Source: Nitrosopumilus sp.
GTDB taxonomy: Archaea > Thermoproteota > Nitrososphaeria > Nitrososphaerales > Nitrosopumilaceae
Length of the DNA: 64,000 nucleotides
Direction: 5' to 3'
Assembly (NCBI GenBank): GCA_965218785.1
Contig: OZ244650.1
Coordinates: 1,408,001 to 1,472,000 of the forward strand
Below, one piece after another: positions 50,699 through 61,700 of this stretch; the first letter of the stretch is position 1; each line of letters begins with the position of its first letter. A program made the position numbers and the translations under genes. The notes under the pieces are model-generated. The model did not search any database and had not been told where the DNA came from. It was given only the letters and a program-made list of their open reading frames with translations.

Positions 50699-50866
50699 TT
50701 AGAATGCCTTTTTGAGCGTGTCCATATCCGCCTTTGAGAGTTTTAAGGTAAACACGTTTGCTTTTGGGTGTTTGGCTACCTTTGCTATCGGATGAAAAAC
50801 TATCTTGATTTTACCGTCTTCCTTGGTAATATCGACAGAACGTCCACCTACATGAGTTTCAACCAT
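50699..50866 (-). CDS. Small basic hypothetical protein
   Basis: MVETHVGGRSVDITKEDGKIKIVFHP...LKKAF, 55 aa from the ATG at 50866. Confidence 0.65.
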   Translation of the reverse strand: MVETHVGGRSVDITKEDGKIKIVFHPIAKVAKHPKANVFTLKLSKADMDTLKKAF

Positions 50867-50944
50867 GATTAGTCTAGAATTCAATATCTTATAGAGTTAT
50901 TGGAAACGATCAAAGATTAAGTGTAATAATGACATGTCAGGTAT

Positions 50945-51379
50945 ATGGAACTTGGAGTGATTCAAGGTGATTATCCAGACTGCCCATCAAACGCAGAATC
51001 TACAAAACGATACTATTGGATATCACGGGATGGAACCTATGATGCTAATGGCGATGAGAATATCGAAGGTGGATGCGTAATCACTCTCAATGTAGCTAAT
51101 AATGTGATTAAACTTGAAGATACTAACATGGATGGGACATGGAACTTTATTGTAGGCAGTACCGCTGTTACAAGCTTTGAGAATGATTTTGGCAAAGGAT
51201 TAGTGAAAATTGGTATGGAATCTACAGATCCAGATAATACAGTAAATTCAAAGTTTGTCAATCTTGATTATTATGATAACCGATGGAATGATTGGGAATC
51301 GGCGAGAATCATAAAGTCGGTAACTGACATAACAAGATGTTCGGCAGATTCGTTTGTACAGGGGAGCACCACATGTTGA
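50945..51379 (+). CDS. Hypothetical beta-rich extracellular-type protein, probably 5'-truncated
   Basis: Rich in Cys, Trp and Asn, with no signal peptide; appears to begin mid-domain. Confidence 0.45.
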   Translation: MELGVIQGDYPDCPSNAESTKRYYWISRDGTYDANGDENIEGGCVITLNVANNVIKLEDTNMDGTWNFIVGSTAVTSFENDFGKGLVKIGMESTDPDNTVNSKFVNLDYYDNRWNDWESARIIKSVTDITRCSADSFVQGSTTC

Positions 51380-52149
51380 AAAAATACCTCCCAGTTGTTA
51401 TTGTTATAGTTGTAATTGGAATATCTGTTCCAATACTATCAGAGTTGACAACCATGCAACCTGATGAACCAATACTATCAGAGTTGACAACCATGCAACC
51501 TGATGAACCAATACTATCAGAGTTGACAACCATGCAACCTGATGAACCAATACTATCAGAGTTGACAACCACGCAACCTGATGAACCAATGGATATTGAG
51601 TTGACAACCACGCAACCTGATGAACCAATGGATATTACAGTAACACCACTAGACCGAGATACATTGTCAAAATATCCCGGACGGGGACTACCTCCGATAA
51701 ATTTGGCAGATAAAGGCATATCATTACAAGCGATAAAAATTTTATTCCCATATGCTGCGGACATGCCGCAAATTTTACCAACAGGCGAAGAATTTGTTTA
51801 TGGTCTGTACGACCTGTATTATGACGAAGCAACTTTGTATTATGCCGATGCCAAGATTCATTCTTTAGTGAAGAATGAACATACCACAGGAGATCTGATT
51901 AATTTAGGCATGGTCATAATCAACTATGAAAGATTAACCAATCTTTCATCAAAGATTGACAGACTAGATACAAACAAGTATACCATCATTGATGACATAC
52001 CATCTGAAAACAAGGGGTATGTATGTCACAAATGCAAAGGCAATCAATTGTTTATAGTATATCCCGAGGATGGAATAGAGCTCAGCATTGTCAAAAATGA
52101 TGCAACGCCTGAAAAACTTAAAACGCTTGTTAAAGATTTAGATCTTTGA
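51373..52149 (+). CDS. Membrane-anchored protein with tandem-repeat stalk
   Basis: N-terminal TM 'MLKKYLPVVIVIVVIGISV', then 13-aa repeats, then a globular domain. Confidence 0.75.
   Translation: MLKKYLPVVIVIVVIGISVPILSELTTMQPDEPILSELTTMQPDEPILSELTTMQPDEPILSELTTTQPDEPMDIELTTTQPDEPMDITVTPLDRDTLSKYPGRGLPPINLADKGISLQAIKILFPYAADMPQILPTGEEFVYGLYDLYYDEATLYYADAKIHSLVKNEHTTGDLINLGMVIINYERLTNLSSKIDRLDTNKYTIIDDIPSENKGYVCHKCKGNQLFIVYPEDGIELSIVKNDATPEKLKTLVKDLDL
51430..51636 (+). repeat. 39-bp tandem repeat (PILSELTT[M/T]QPDE, ~5 copies)
   Basis: CCAATACTATCAGAGTTGACAACCATGCAACCTGATGAA repeated with variant later units. Confidence 0.93.
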
Positions 52150-52185
52150 CTCTTTTTTTTAATAATTTCTTTTACTTGTTGTTTT

Positions 52186-52225
52186 GGATTCTGGTGCAAG
52201 TGATCAGATTGCCAAAATCCACCAG
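52186..52225 (+). repeat. Palindromic repeat, copy 3 (degenerate)
   Basis: GGATTCTGGTGCAAGTGATCAGATTGCCAAAATCCACCAG aligns to copy 1 with a short gap. Confidence 0.65.
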
Positions 52226-52616
52226 TTTGAACACATGATAAAGCATTCCCCATAGTTAATGGTAATGAGCCAACCCCTGTTGTATACTATCCAAAAAGTA
52301 GTTCATCCTCGTCTGGCATGGTATGATTGCAGTAGTTGGCAGTCATAATGGTCCACCAGCAGAAGAGAACTAGACCCGGATCATCTATGTCGTTTGTGAG
52401 GCATGTTATTGTCTTGAGGGTTCTTTGTTGTTTTTAACACCAAATTTTTTTGATATCCGCATTATGATTTTCCAAACCCGCACTTGCTTTTGTTAAGCCT
52501 GTGCGTGTATTGCCCCTTGCAGATTTCCTTTTAGAACCGCTTTTTTTACTACTTGTTCTCAAATCTGAGAATGGAACTAACGGGCTCGGTCGGGTTCAAG
52601 TTCACAGCACAAATAA

Positions 52617-52660
52617 CGGTTCTGGTGCAAAATGATGATCTGATCACCAAAACACACCAC
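52617..52660 (-). repeat. Palindromic repeat, copy 4
   Basis: CGGTTCTGGTGCAAAATGATGATCTGATCACCAAAACACACCAC shares TGATCTGATCACCAAAAC with copy 2 and CGGTTCTGGTGCA with copy 1. Confidence 0.75.
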
Positions 52661-52728
52661 GTCCGGTGAATGCAATGTACCGACACGGCAGGCAGTCTTT
52701 TTGAATCACGATCTTGTACGGATTTATT

Positions 52729-55700
52729 CTAAAGTCCAAACAGGGACTGGAACCAGTCTACAATCTTCTCAAAGACATTACGATCGTCTGCTGGTTCTGG
52801 ATCTTTTCGTATGGATTCTGGATCCATTTCCACTGGTTCTGGATTCATGGGGGTTAGTTCTGGATTCATGGGTACTGATTCTGGATCCATTTCCACTGGT
52901 TCTGGATCCATTTCCACTGGTTCTGGATCCATTTCCACCGGTTCTGGATTCATCCCGTCTGCAGGCTCGGGTTTGTCATCCTCTCCCGATGTTACAGTAA
53001 TGCCATATGTCTTGTCACCGTGCGAAGATAGGATTATTCCACGGTTGTCCTGTAAGAACATGGTAAGACTGCCTGAGAACTCTTCTTCAAATGGTATTAC
53101 TATACTATCAAAACGCTTTGTGGTTTGATCACCGGATTCAGTGTAGTATACCTGTGTCTCAGATAGGATTGAGGAAGAATCACAGGCATAAAGACGGTCT
53201 GACTGGTATTCCTTGCCACTGCATTTGTCATATGTAAGAATATTTGGAATCAACATGTATTGTATCAGGGCGGCGGCCGGAAGTTCCGGTGTTGTGTGAT
53301 CCGAGATGATGATCTCCATCTTTAGGATTTTCTGGCGTATGTCAATGGGCAGTATACGTGGTGCTATTGTAAGTGATGTGTCAGATTCAAGTGTTATCTG
53401 TGATGGACCTGTCAATGCGTTTGCTCCGTCGGATGTAAAGATGAAGGACAGGTCGTATGGTGAACCTCTGCTGGTGCCATCACTGCCACCACCGCCGCCA
53501 CCGCCTCCGCCACCGCCGCCACCGCCGCCACCGCCGCCACCGCCGCCACCGCCTCCTCCGCCACCGCCTCCTGACCTTCTAGGAGCAGGTTCTGGTGTTG
53601 GTTCGGGTTCTGGTTCAACAACGACCGGTGGTGGTGATACCAGATTTGAGCCAAATACTGTAAAGTGTGTAGTCCAGATTATCAGGTCACTGCTAGTGTT
53701 TATGAAGCACTCTCCGGTGCCTTCAAGCTGCTCTGAGACAGGGGTAAGATCATCGGCAGTACACGCTGTAGTTATCTGGGTAGCTGCTTCACCACTCTCA
53801 GAATACCATGGAACGTTGCCTGCCTGGTCTCCAAGCTGTATCCGTATTGGATTATCAGTGTTTATCACAGAGTCTGCTTGCCCTATCTCGATGCAGGATG
53901 CCTGCGCACCAGAGGTTATTGCAGCAGAGTTACAACCAGTGTCAGAGTCAGTGTCAGTTGGCAGAATCAGTATTCCATCAAAGGTAGAAGAGCTAAAACT
54001 GGTGGTGGCAGGGATTGTCACCTGGACGTTTCCTCCACGCAGACCTGTTGCAGTTACTACAATCTGATTGTTTGTCGTAACAGCAGGAGATACTGCTTCT
54101 TCGTCTAGCAGTGATGAATAATCCAGTGTGGCATCGACTGTACTTTGATATCTGATTGTGGCAAGGGTGGAAGCAGGATCAGTTACTGCGATGCGGTTGT
54201 CAGTACCGGCAAGTATGATGTTGTCTTCTGCTGTTACCGGATAGAGACTACCTTGTGGGATCACAAGTGATGGGTCTGATGTCCTTGTTGGACCAGTTAC
54301 GCTGATTGTGACAGTGATTCCGGCTGAGATCTCTGATTCGAGGGTAAGTGATATGGTGTTAGGCGGAGTACTGCTAGCAATTGAGTTTATTTCAGGTGGT
54401 GTGGATCCGTCAGATAAAGTCAACGTATAATCGGTGCTAACAGTAGTTACAGGTACGTTGTAGATTATGGTGATTGTATCAGTGGAGAGTCTTGCAGATA
54501 TTATCTCAGGTATTGCAGTATAGACGATGTTCAGTGATGCTGTATCAGCTAGTGCGGGGGAGTCAGATACGGTGATGGCGCCCATGCCAGATATGGTGTC
54601 AGAGATTGCCGGAGAATCAGAGAGGGCAAGGGAGATCTGGATTGATGCCGTATCAGCTAGTACGGGGGAGTCGGATCCTGTGATGGTGCCCATGCCAGAT
54701 ACGGTGTCAGAGATTGCTGGAGAATCAGAGAGGGCAAGGGAGATCTGGATTGATGCCGTATCAGCTAGTACGGGGGAGTCAGATACGGTGATGGCACCCA
54801 TGCCAGATACGGTGTCAGAGATTGCTGGAGAATCAGAGAGGGCAAGGGAGATCTGGATTGATGCCGTATCAGCTAGTACGGGGGAGTCGGATCCGGTGAT
54901 GGTGCCCATGGTCTGCATGTCTGATTCATCAGATATGGCAGGTGTGTCAGTGTGGGTAATGTGCAGTTCCAGTGATGCCGTATCAGCTAGTACGGGGGAG
55001 TCGGATCCGGTGATGGTGCCCATGGTCTGCATGTCTGATTCATCAGATATTGCAGGTGTGTCAGTGGCGGTAATAAAGAATTTCAGTGATGCCGTATCAG
55101 CTAGTACGGGGGAGTCAGATACGGTGATGGTGCCCATGGTCTGCATGTCTGATTCATCAGATATTGCAGGTGTGTCAGTGTGGGTAATGTGCAGTTCCAG
55201 TGATGCCGTATCAGCTAGTACGGGAGAGTCTTTTTCTGAGATGTAATTTATCATTTGAATGTCTGATTCATCAGATATTGCAGGTGTGTCAGTGTGGGTA
55301 ATAAAGAATTTCAGTGATGCCGTATCAGATATGACCGGAGAGTCAGATGGAGTAAGAGCGCCCATGGTCTGCATGTCTGATTCATCAGATATGGCAGGTG
55401 TGTCAGTGTGGGTAATGTGCAGTTCCAGTGATGCTGTATCAGATATTGTCGGAGAGTCAGATGGGGTAAGAGCACCCATGGTCTGCATGTCTGATTCATC
55501 TGATATGGCAGGTGTGTCAATGGCGGTAATGTGCAGTTCCAGTGATGCTGTATCAGATATTGTCGGAGAGTCAGATGTTTCGATGCTGCCCATGCCAGTT
55601 ATTACATCTGATATGGCAGGTGTGTCAATGGCGGTAATAAAGAATTTCAGTGATGCTGTATCAGATATGACCGGAGAGTCAGATGGAGTAAGAGCGCCCA

Positions 55701-58700
55701 TGGTCTGCATGTCTGATTCATCAGATAGGGCGGGTGTGTCAGTGTGGGTAATGTGCAGTTCCAGTGATGCGGTATCAGATATTGTCGGAGAGTCAGATGG
55801 AGTAAGAGCACCCATGGTCTGCATGTCTGATTCATCTGATATGGCAGGTGTGTCAATGGCGGTAATGCGCAGTTCCAATGATGCTGTATCAGTTATTGTC
55901 GGAGAGTCAGATGCGGCAAAACTGCCCATGCCAGTTATTACATCTGATATGGCAGGGGTGTCAGTGTGGGTAATGACGATATTCAGTGATGCTGTATCAG
56001 TTATTGTCGGCGAGTCAGATGCGGCAACACTGCCCATGCCAGTTATTACGTCTGATATGGCAGGTGTGTCAGTGTGGGTAATGACGATATTCAGTGATGC
56101 TGTATCAGTTATTGTCGGCGAGTCAGATGTGGCAACACTGCCCATGCCAGTTATTACATCTGATATGGCAGGTGTGTCAGTGTGGGTAATAAAGAATTTC
56201 AGTGATGCGGCATCAGTTATTGTCGGAGAGTCAGATGTGGCAACACTGCCCATGCCAGTTATTACATCTGATATGGCAGGTGTGTCAGTGTGGGTAATGA
56301 CGATATTCAGTGATGCGGCATCAGTTATTGTCGGAGAGTCAGATGTGGCAACACTGCCCATGCCAGTTATTACATCTGATATGGCAGGTGTGTCAGTGTG
56401 GGTAATAAAGAATTTCAGTGATGCGGCATCAGTCATGACAGGAGTGTCAGATACGGCAACAGCAGAGTTAACTATGTCTACTGTAACGGCATACATGCCG
56501 GATGCCAGGTTGCGGTTACCTGCAGTATCTGCAGCCACAAGTTTGGGGATTGATACCATGACTGTTCCTTTAAAGGTGACAGTCGCATCAAAGTTGTACG
56601 TGGTGCCAGAACCGACAGGCGCAGAGACAGTCGCAATCGCCGTACCAGATAGTGAAATATCAGATACGGCATCAAAGCCTGTCACCGCCTCGCTGAATGT
56701 GGCAGTGTATGATACGGTATCACTGTTTTGTGTGCCACCATCAGGGATACTGCTCGTTATGACCACGGTGGGTGCACTATCAAATACCTGTATCCTGTTG
56801 TTGCCGGCGTCTGCAACCAGGATGTGCGTGGAGTTTGTCGTGATTTCTTGTGGAAAGTTAAACTGATCCTCAGATGAGCCTCGAGTGCCAAACTTTGTGA
56901 TATAGTTGCCATCAAAATCAAATACCTGTATCCTGTGGTTGGTGGTATCTGTAACCAGTATGTGCGTGGGAGTCGTTGTGATTCCCCGTGGATTGTCAAA
57001 CTGCCCGTCTCCCGTGCCTGAACTGCCAAACTTGCCGACAAAGCCGCCATCCGGATCAAATACCTGTATCCTGTTGTTGCCGGCGTCTGCAACTAGGATG
57101 TGCGTAGAGTTTGTCGTGATTCCTATAGGACGGTTAAACAGCCCGTCATCTGAGCTGGCACTGGGTCTGATGATGCCAATGGTACGGACGTGGTTTGCGT
57201 TGATATCAAATATCTGCACCCTGTGGTTAAAGCTGTCTGCAACCAGTATGTGTGTGGAGGTTACTGTGATTCCTTGTGGAACGTTAAAGTGGCCGTTTCT
57301 AGTGCCGTCAATGCCAAACTTGCTTTGATAGGTGCCATCCAAATCAAATATCTGTACCCTGTTGTTGAGGGCGTCTGCAACCAGTATGCTCGTGGGGGTT
57401 GCCACGATTCCTCGGGGATTGTTAAACTCACCGTCTGCCGTACTAGAAAAGAGGCTGGAACTGCCAATCGTGCTGACGTGGTTGCCGTTGGTGTCAAATA
57501 TCTGCACCCTGTTGTTTTCAGTATCGGTAACCAGTATATGCGTAGAGTTCATCGTAATCCCAATCGGAGTGTTAAACTCACCGTCGGCCGTACCAGCAGC
57601 AGTAGTAGCGCCGCCAATCGAACTGACAAAAGTTCCAATAGGTACAAGGATATTTAATGTAACGGTGTACACACCTGATGCCACATTGCCGTTGCCTTCC
57701 ATATCTGTTGCCATATCTTTGGGGATTGATACTATGACCGTACCATCAAAGATGGTAGTCACATCAAAGGTGTATCTGATGCCGGATCCTACAAAGTTTG
57801 AGACGGTGGGGGAGCCGCCAGCTGCCGTACCGGATATGGAGATATCTGACGCGGCAAAGTCTGTCACGGCCTTGTTAAATGTGACAACGTATGATATGGT
57901 ATCAGTGTCCTGCGTGCCTCCGTTGGGGGTGCCAGTGGCAGTTATGGTTACAGTAAGTGGAATTGCAGACAGGGTGTTTGTTACGGGCATATCGGTAAAT
58001 GTGGCAAGTGCGTTGTTTATGCCATCATGGATGGAGCTGCCCCGATACGATACGGTGGGTGCATCAGTAGATGTTATTGTCGTCTCCACAGTCAGCGTTA
58101 TGATACTGCCAGTTATTGCAGCATCAGATACCTTATTGCCTGATACTGTAAAGTCTGTCGCACGTGCAAAACCGCCAAGGGGATCAAAGGCGGTAATTGC
58201 AATTGTGGTGGCAGACGTGGTTTTAATGGACTTGACAGTCGGCGGGGCGGTATCGACTGTAACGGTGATTGTAGCTGATGCCATGTTGCCGTTGCCTGCC
58301 GCATCTTCTGCTGCATCCTCAGGAATCAGCACGATGACCGTACCGTCAGAGGCGGTTGCCACATCAAAGGAGTAGTCACGATCGATTCCTGCAAAGTTTG
58401 AGACGGTATGCAAGCCTCCGGATGCCGTTCCAGATACGGCGATGCCTGACGCAGTAAAGCCTGTCACAACCTCAGTAAAGGTAACAGTGTATGATACGGG
58501 GTTTGAGTTTGTGATAAAGGTGTTAGGAACGCCCGTGGCCCTGCCTCCCACTATGTGTAGGCCTGCATCCGGTCCCATAGTGTCCAGTATGGTTGGAACT
58601 ATGGGTACGTCCTGGAATGGTGCAAGACTGTTTCCTGCAACATCAGTGAGGTCGCCTCCAAGATAGGATAAAGTTTGGGAATCATCACTGATTGCTTCAA

Positions 58701-61700
58701 GTACGAATAGCCTGATGTTTGTGCTTGCCAGAGAGGCCAGAATGACTGAGTCGACAGGGTCTACACGGAATTGATTGGGACGTGGAGTACCTACGAGCGG
58801 TTCGTTTGCCACGATCAATATATGATTAACATCCTGGTCGGTGCTAACAGAGTTAATAATTGGCGGAGTGGTATCGACTGTAACGGTGTATGTGGCAGAT
58901 GCCTCATTGTTGTTGCCTGCCGCATCTGTTGCCGCATTGCCGGGGATGGACACTGAAATCGTACCATCACCGGTGGTTGCCACATCAAAGGTGTAGGTGG
59001 TACCCGTGGTAACTGTTGCAAAGTTTGATGGTTCAGGCAAGCCGCCTGATGCCGTTCCAGATACGGTAACATCAGTCACATCAAAGCCTGTCACGACCCT
59101 GTTAAAGGTGGCAGTATATGATACAGTATCAGAGTTTGTAATGCGGCCATCAGTGATATTGGCATCAAGAATTACGATTGGTGCTGTACTATTGACTGTG
59201 ACGGTATATGTGGCAGATGCCGCATTGCCGTTGTTTGCCGCATCTGTTGCAGCATTGCCGGGGATGGACACTGAAATCGTACCATCAGAGGTGATTGCCA
59301 CATCAAAGGTGTAGGTGGTACCCGTGGTAACTGTTGCAAAGTTTGATGCGGCAAGTACGCCGCCTGATGCCGTTCCAGATACGGTAACATCTGTCACATC
59401 AAAGCCTGTCACGACCCTGTTAAAGGTGGCAATATACGAGATTGTATCAGAGGACGTAATACCGTTTTGAGGTGTATCGCTAGTTATGATCACAGTAGGG
59501 AAGAGTGGATTTGGTACGTTGTTTTTCACGGATCTAGAATCAAATGGTACAAGCATGTTGCCCACGTCATCTGTGATTGTAGTACCCTTGTACGATACTG
59601 TGAGGGTCTCCCCGAATGTTATTGCCATATCTACTGTCAGTATTACGGTACTGCCAGATATTACCGCATTAGATACGGCATTGTTTGAGACACCAAAGTC
59701 CAGGAGAACAAGCATTCCGGCGAGTGGTTCAGATGCGGTGATTACAACGGTGTTTGCATTAACTGTTTCAGCAAAGTTGAATTCAGGTATGATCGAGTCA
59801 ATCACCACGTCGGATCTGCCGGCAAGTGAATCGGGGGATGCCAGGGCAGGAAGCCTGAGATTTGCAGGCGTACTGTCATCGGCAGACGCAATGGCGCCGC
59901 CGCTTAGGGAATCGGTGTTGACATAATTAAGATCATTTGAGGAATCCCCTGCAGATACCGTATATGTGAATAGTAATTCCACGCCTCCAGAACCAGAGGT
60001 GTAACCTGCCATGCTGGCATTGATGCCAGTCTCAAGTAACAGCTGCGGAGTACCAGATACGTCGACTGGTTCGCTAAAGGTTACGGTAATCAGGACGTCC
60101 TTGCCTGCAGTATACGAGGCATCTGCCGCATCAACAAAGAGTACCAGGGGAACAGTGTTGCTCACAGACGTGCTGTCAGTTATGGGTCTGTCAGAGAATG
60201 AGTCAAGCGGGTTTCCAGCAGCGTCTGTGAGCTTGCCGGTTCCAGTATAACTTACAGTGTGGGTATTATCAGTAATTATGGGGGTTACCAAGAATGTTAT
60301 GAACGTGTCAGATAAAAGAGACGTGCTGATCACGACTCCGTCAGAGACGCTAAATTCTGATGTATCAACAACACCAATGAGGGGTTCATCCACTGTGATC
60401 TCTACAAATCCGCCGGTAATAGAAAGAGTGAAAGGTGCATGATTGGCAGATTGGAACATCGGGGCAATGGTATCTATTACTACAGAATAATTCCCAAGTG
60501 AGAGAGGGGATGACAGTGCCGGAAGCGTGAGATCAGCGGATCTGCGGTCATCGGAGGCCTCGATGGTGCCGTCGTTTAGTGAAAGCGAGTCTGTGGTCTT
60601 GTAGTTTAGCTCAAGGGAGTTGTCATCTGATCCGACCACATAATTAAATAACAGCTGGAATGTGTGGGGGGAAGATGTATAATCAACTAGTGCATCAGTG
60701 GCACCAGTCTCAAGTAACAGCTGCGGGATACCAGATACGGCGACTGGTTCGCTAAATGTTACGGTGATTGGGACGGTATCGCCTTCGTTGTACGCGCCAG
60801 GCGGTGCGGTAACTGAGACTATCGTCGGACCGGCACTAGATGAAACCGCGTTTGTGGCACCCATGGTGAAAAAATCAAGAAAGTTCATGTTAACATCAGT
60901 TATTCCAAGACCTTGGTAACTTACAGAAACCGTATCACCTGGCAGTATGGGGGTGCTGGGAACAAGTATGATTGTATTATCCAGTATATGGGCAGATAAC
61001 ACCGGCGTGCTTGATAACGGACTGGTAGATATTGTAAAGTCGGCAGTGGGGGAGATGATGGTCCCTACAAGTAAGTCAGAGGCAGTAAGCAGTATTTTTG
61101 TAGCGTCTGTGGCCACAATGGATGTTATTGTGGGTTTTACGCCATCTATTACCAGGTTGGAGCCCCCAAGTGAGTCATTTGATGTTGTGGCAGGAAGCGT
61201 AATTGATGCCGGAACGTTGCTTCTAGATACTATAGAGCCGCCGCTTAGTACAAGCGAGCCCTTATCGATATAGTTTAGTCTGTCAGAGGAATGTTCATCA
61301 AATACGATATATAGAAAATTGATGGTATTTGAGTTAGAGCCGCTAAAATATTCTGCAAAATTAAAGTTGTCAGTAGTGCCAGTCTCAAGAAGGAGTCTGG
61401 GGAATCCATTTATGACGACTGGCCTGTCAAAATGAACTGTAATTAAAATCCTGTCAGATAGGCTGTATGTACCGGCGGTTCCAGTTACAGAGAGTATGAC
61501 GGGTGGTGATGCGTCTACTGCCACGTTTGATCCTCCAAGTGAATCACTAGAGGAGGTATCTGGGAGTATCAGCGATGCCGCAGTTCCATCGTCTGCAGAT
61601 GTTATGGTGCTACTACTGCTACCCAGAGTAAGAGGGTCTGTATCCACATAGTTGAGGTCATTTGAGACGTGACCGGCAGATACCGCATACTCAAAGAGCA

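Noticed and set aside
51430-51636. Possible CRISPR array
   Set aside because: These are in-frame 39-bp tandem coding repeats without spacers.
53306-58375. Long plus-strand ORFs (poly-Pro 253 aa, 239 aa, 535 aa, 347 aa)
   Set aside because: They are antisense shadows of the repetitive giant minus-strand gene, which carries the recognisable domains.
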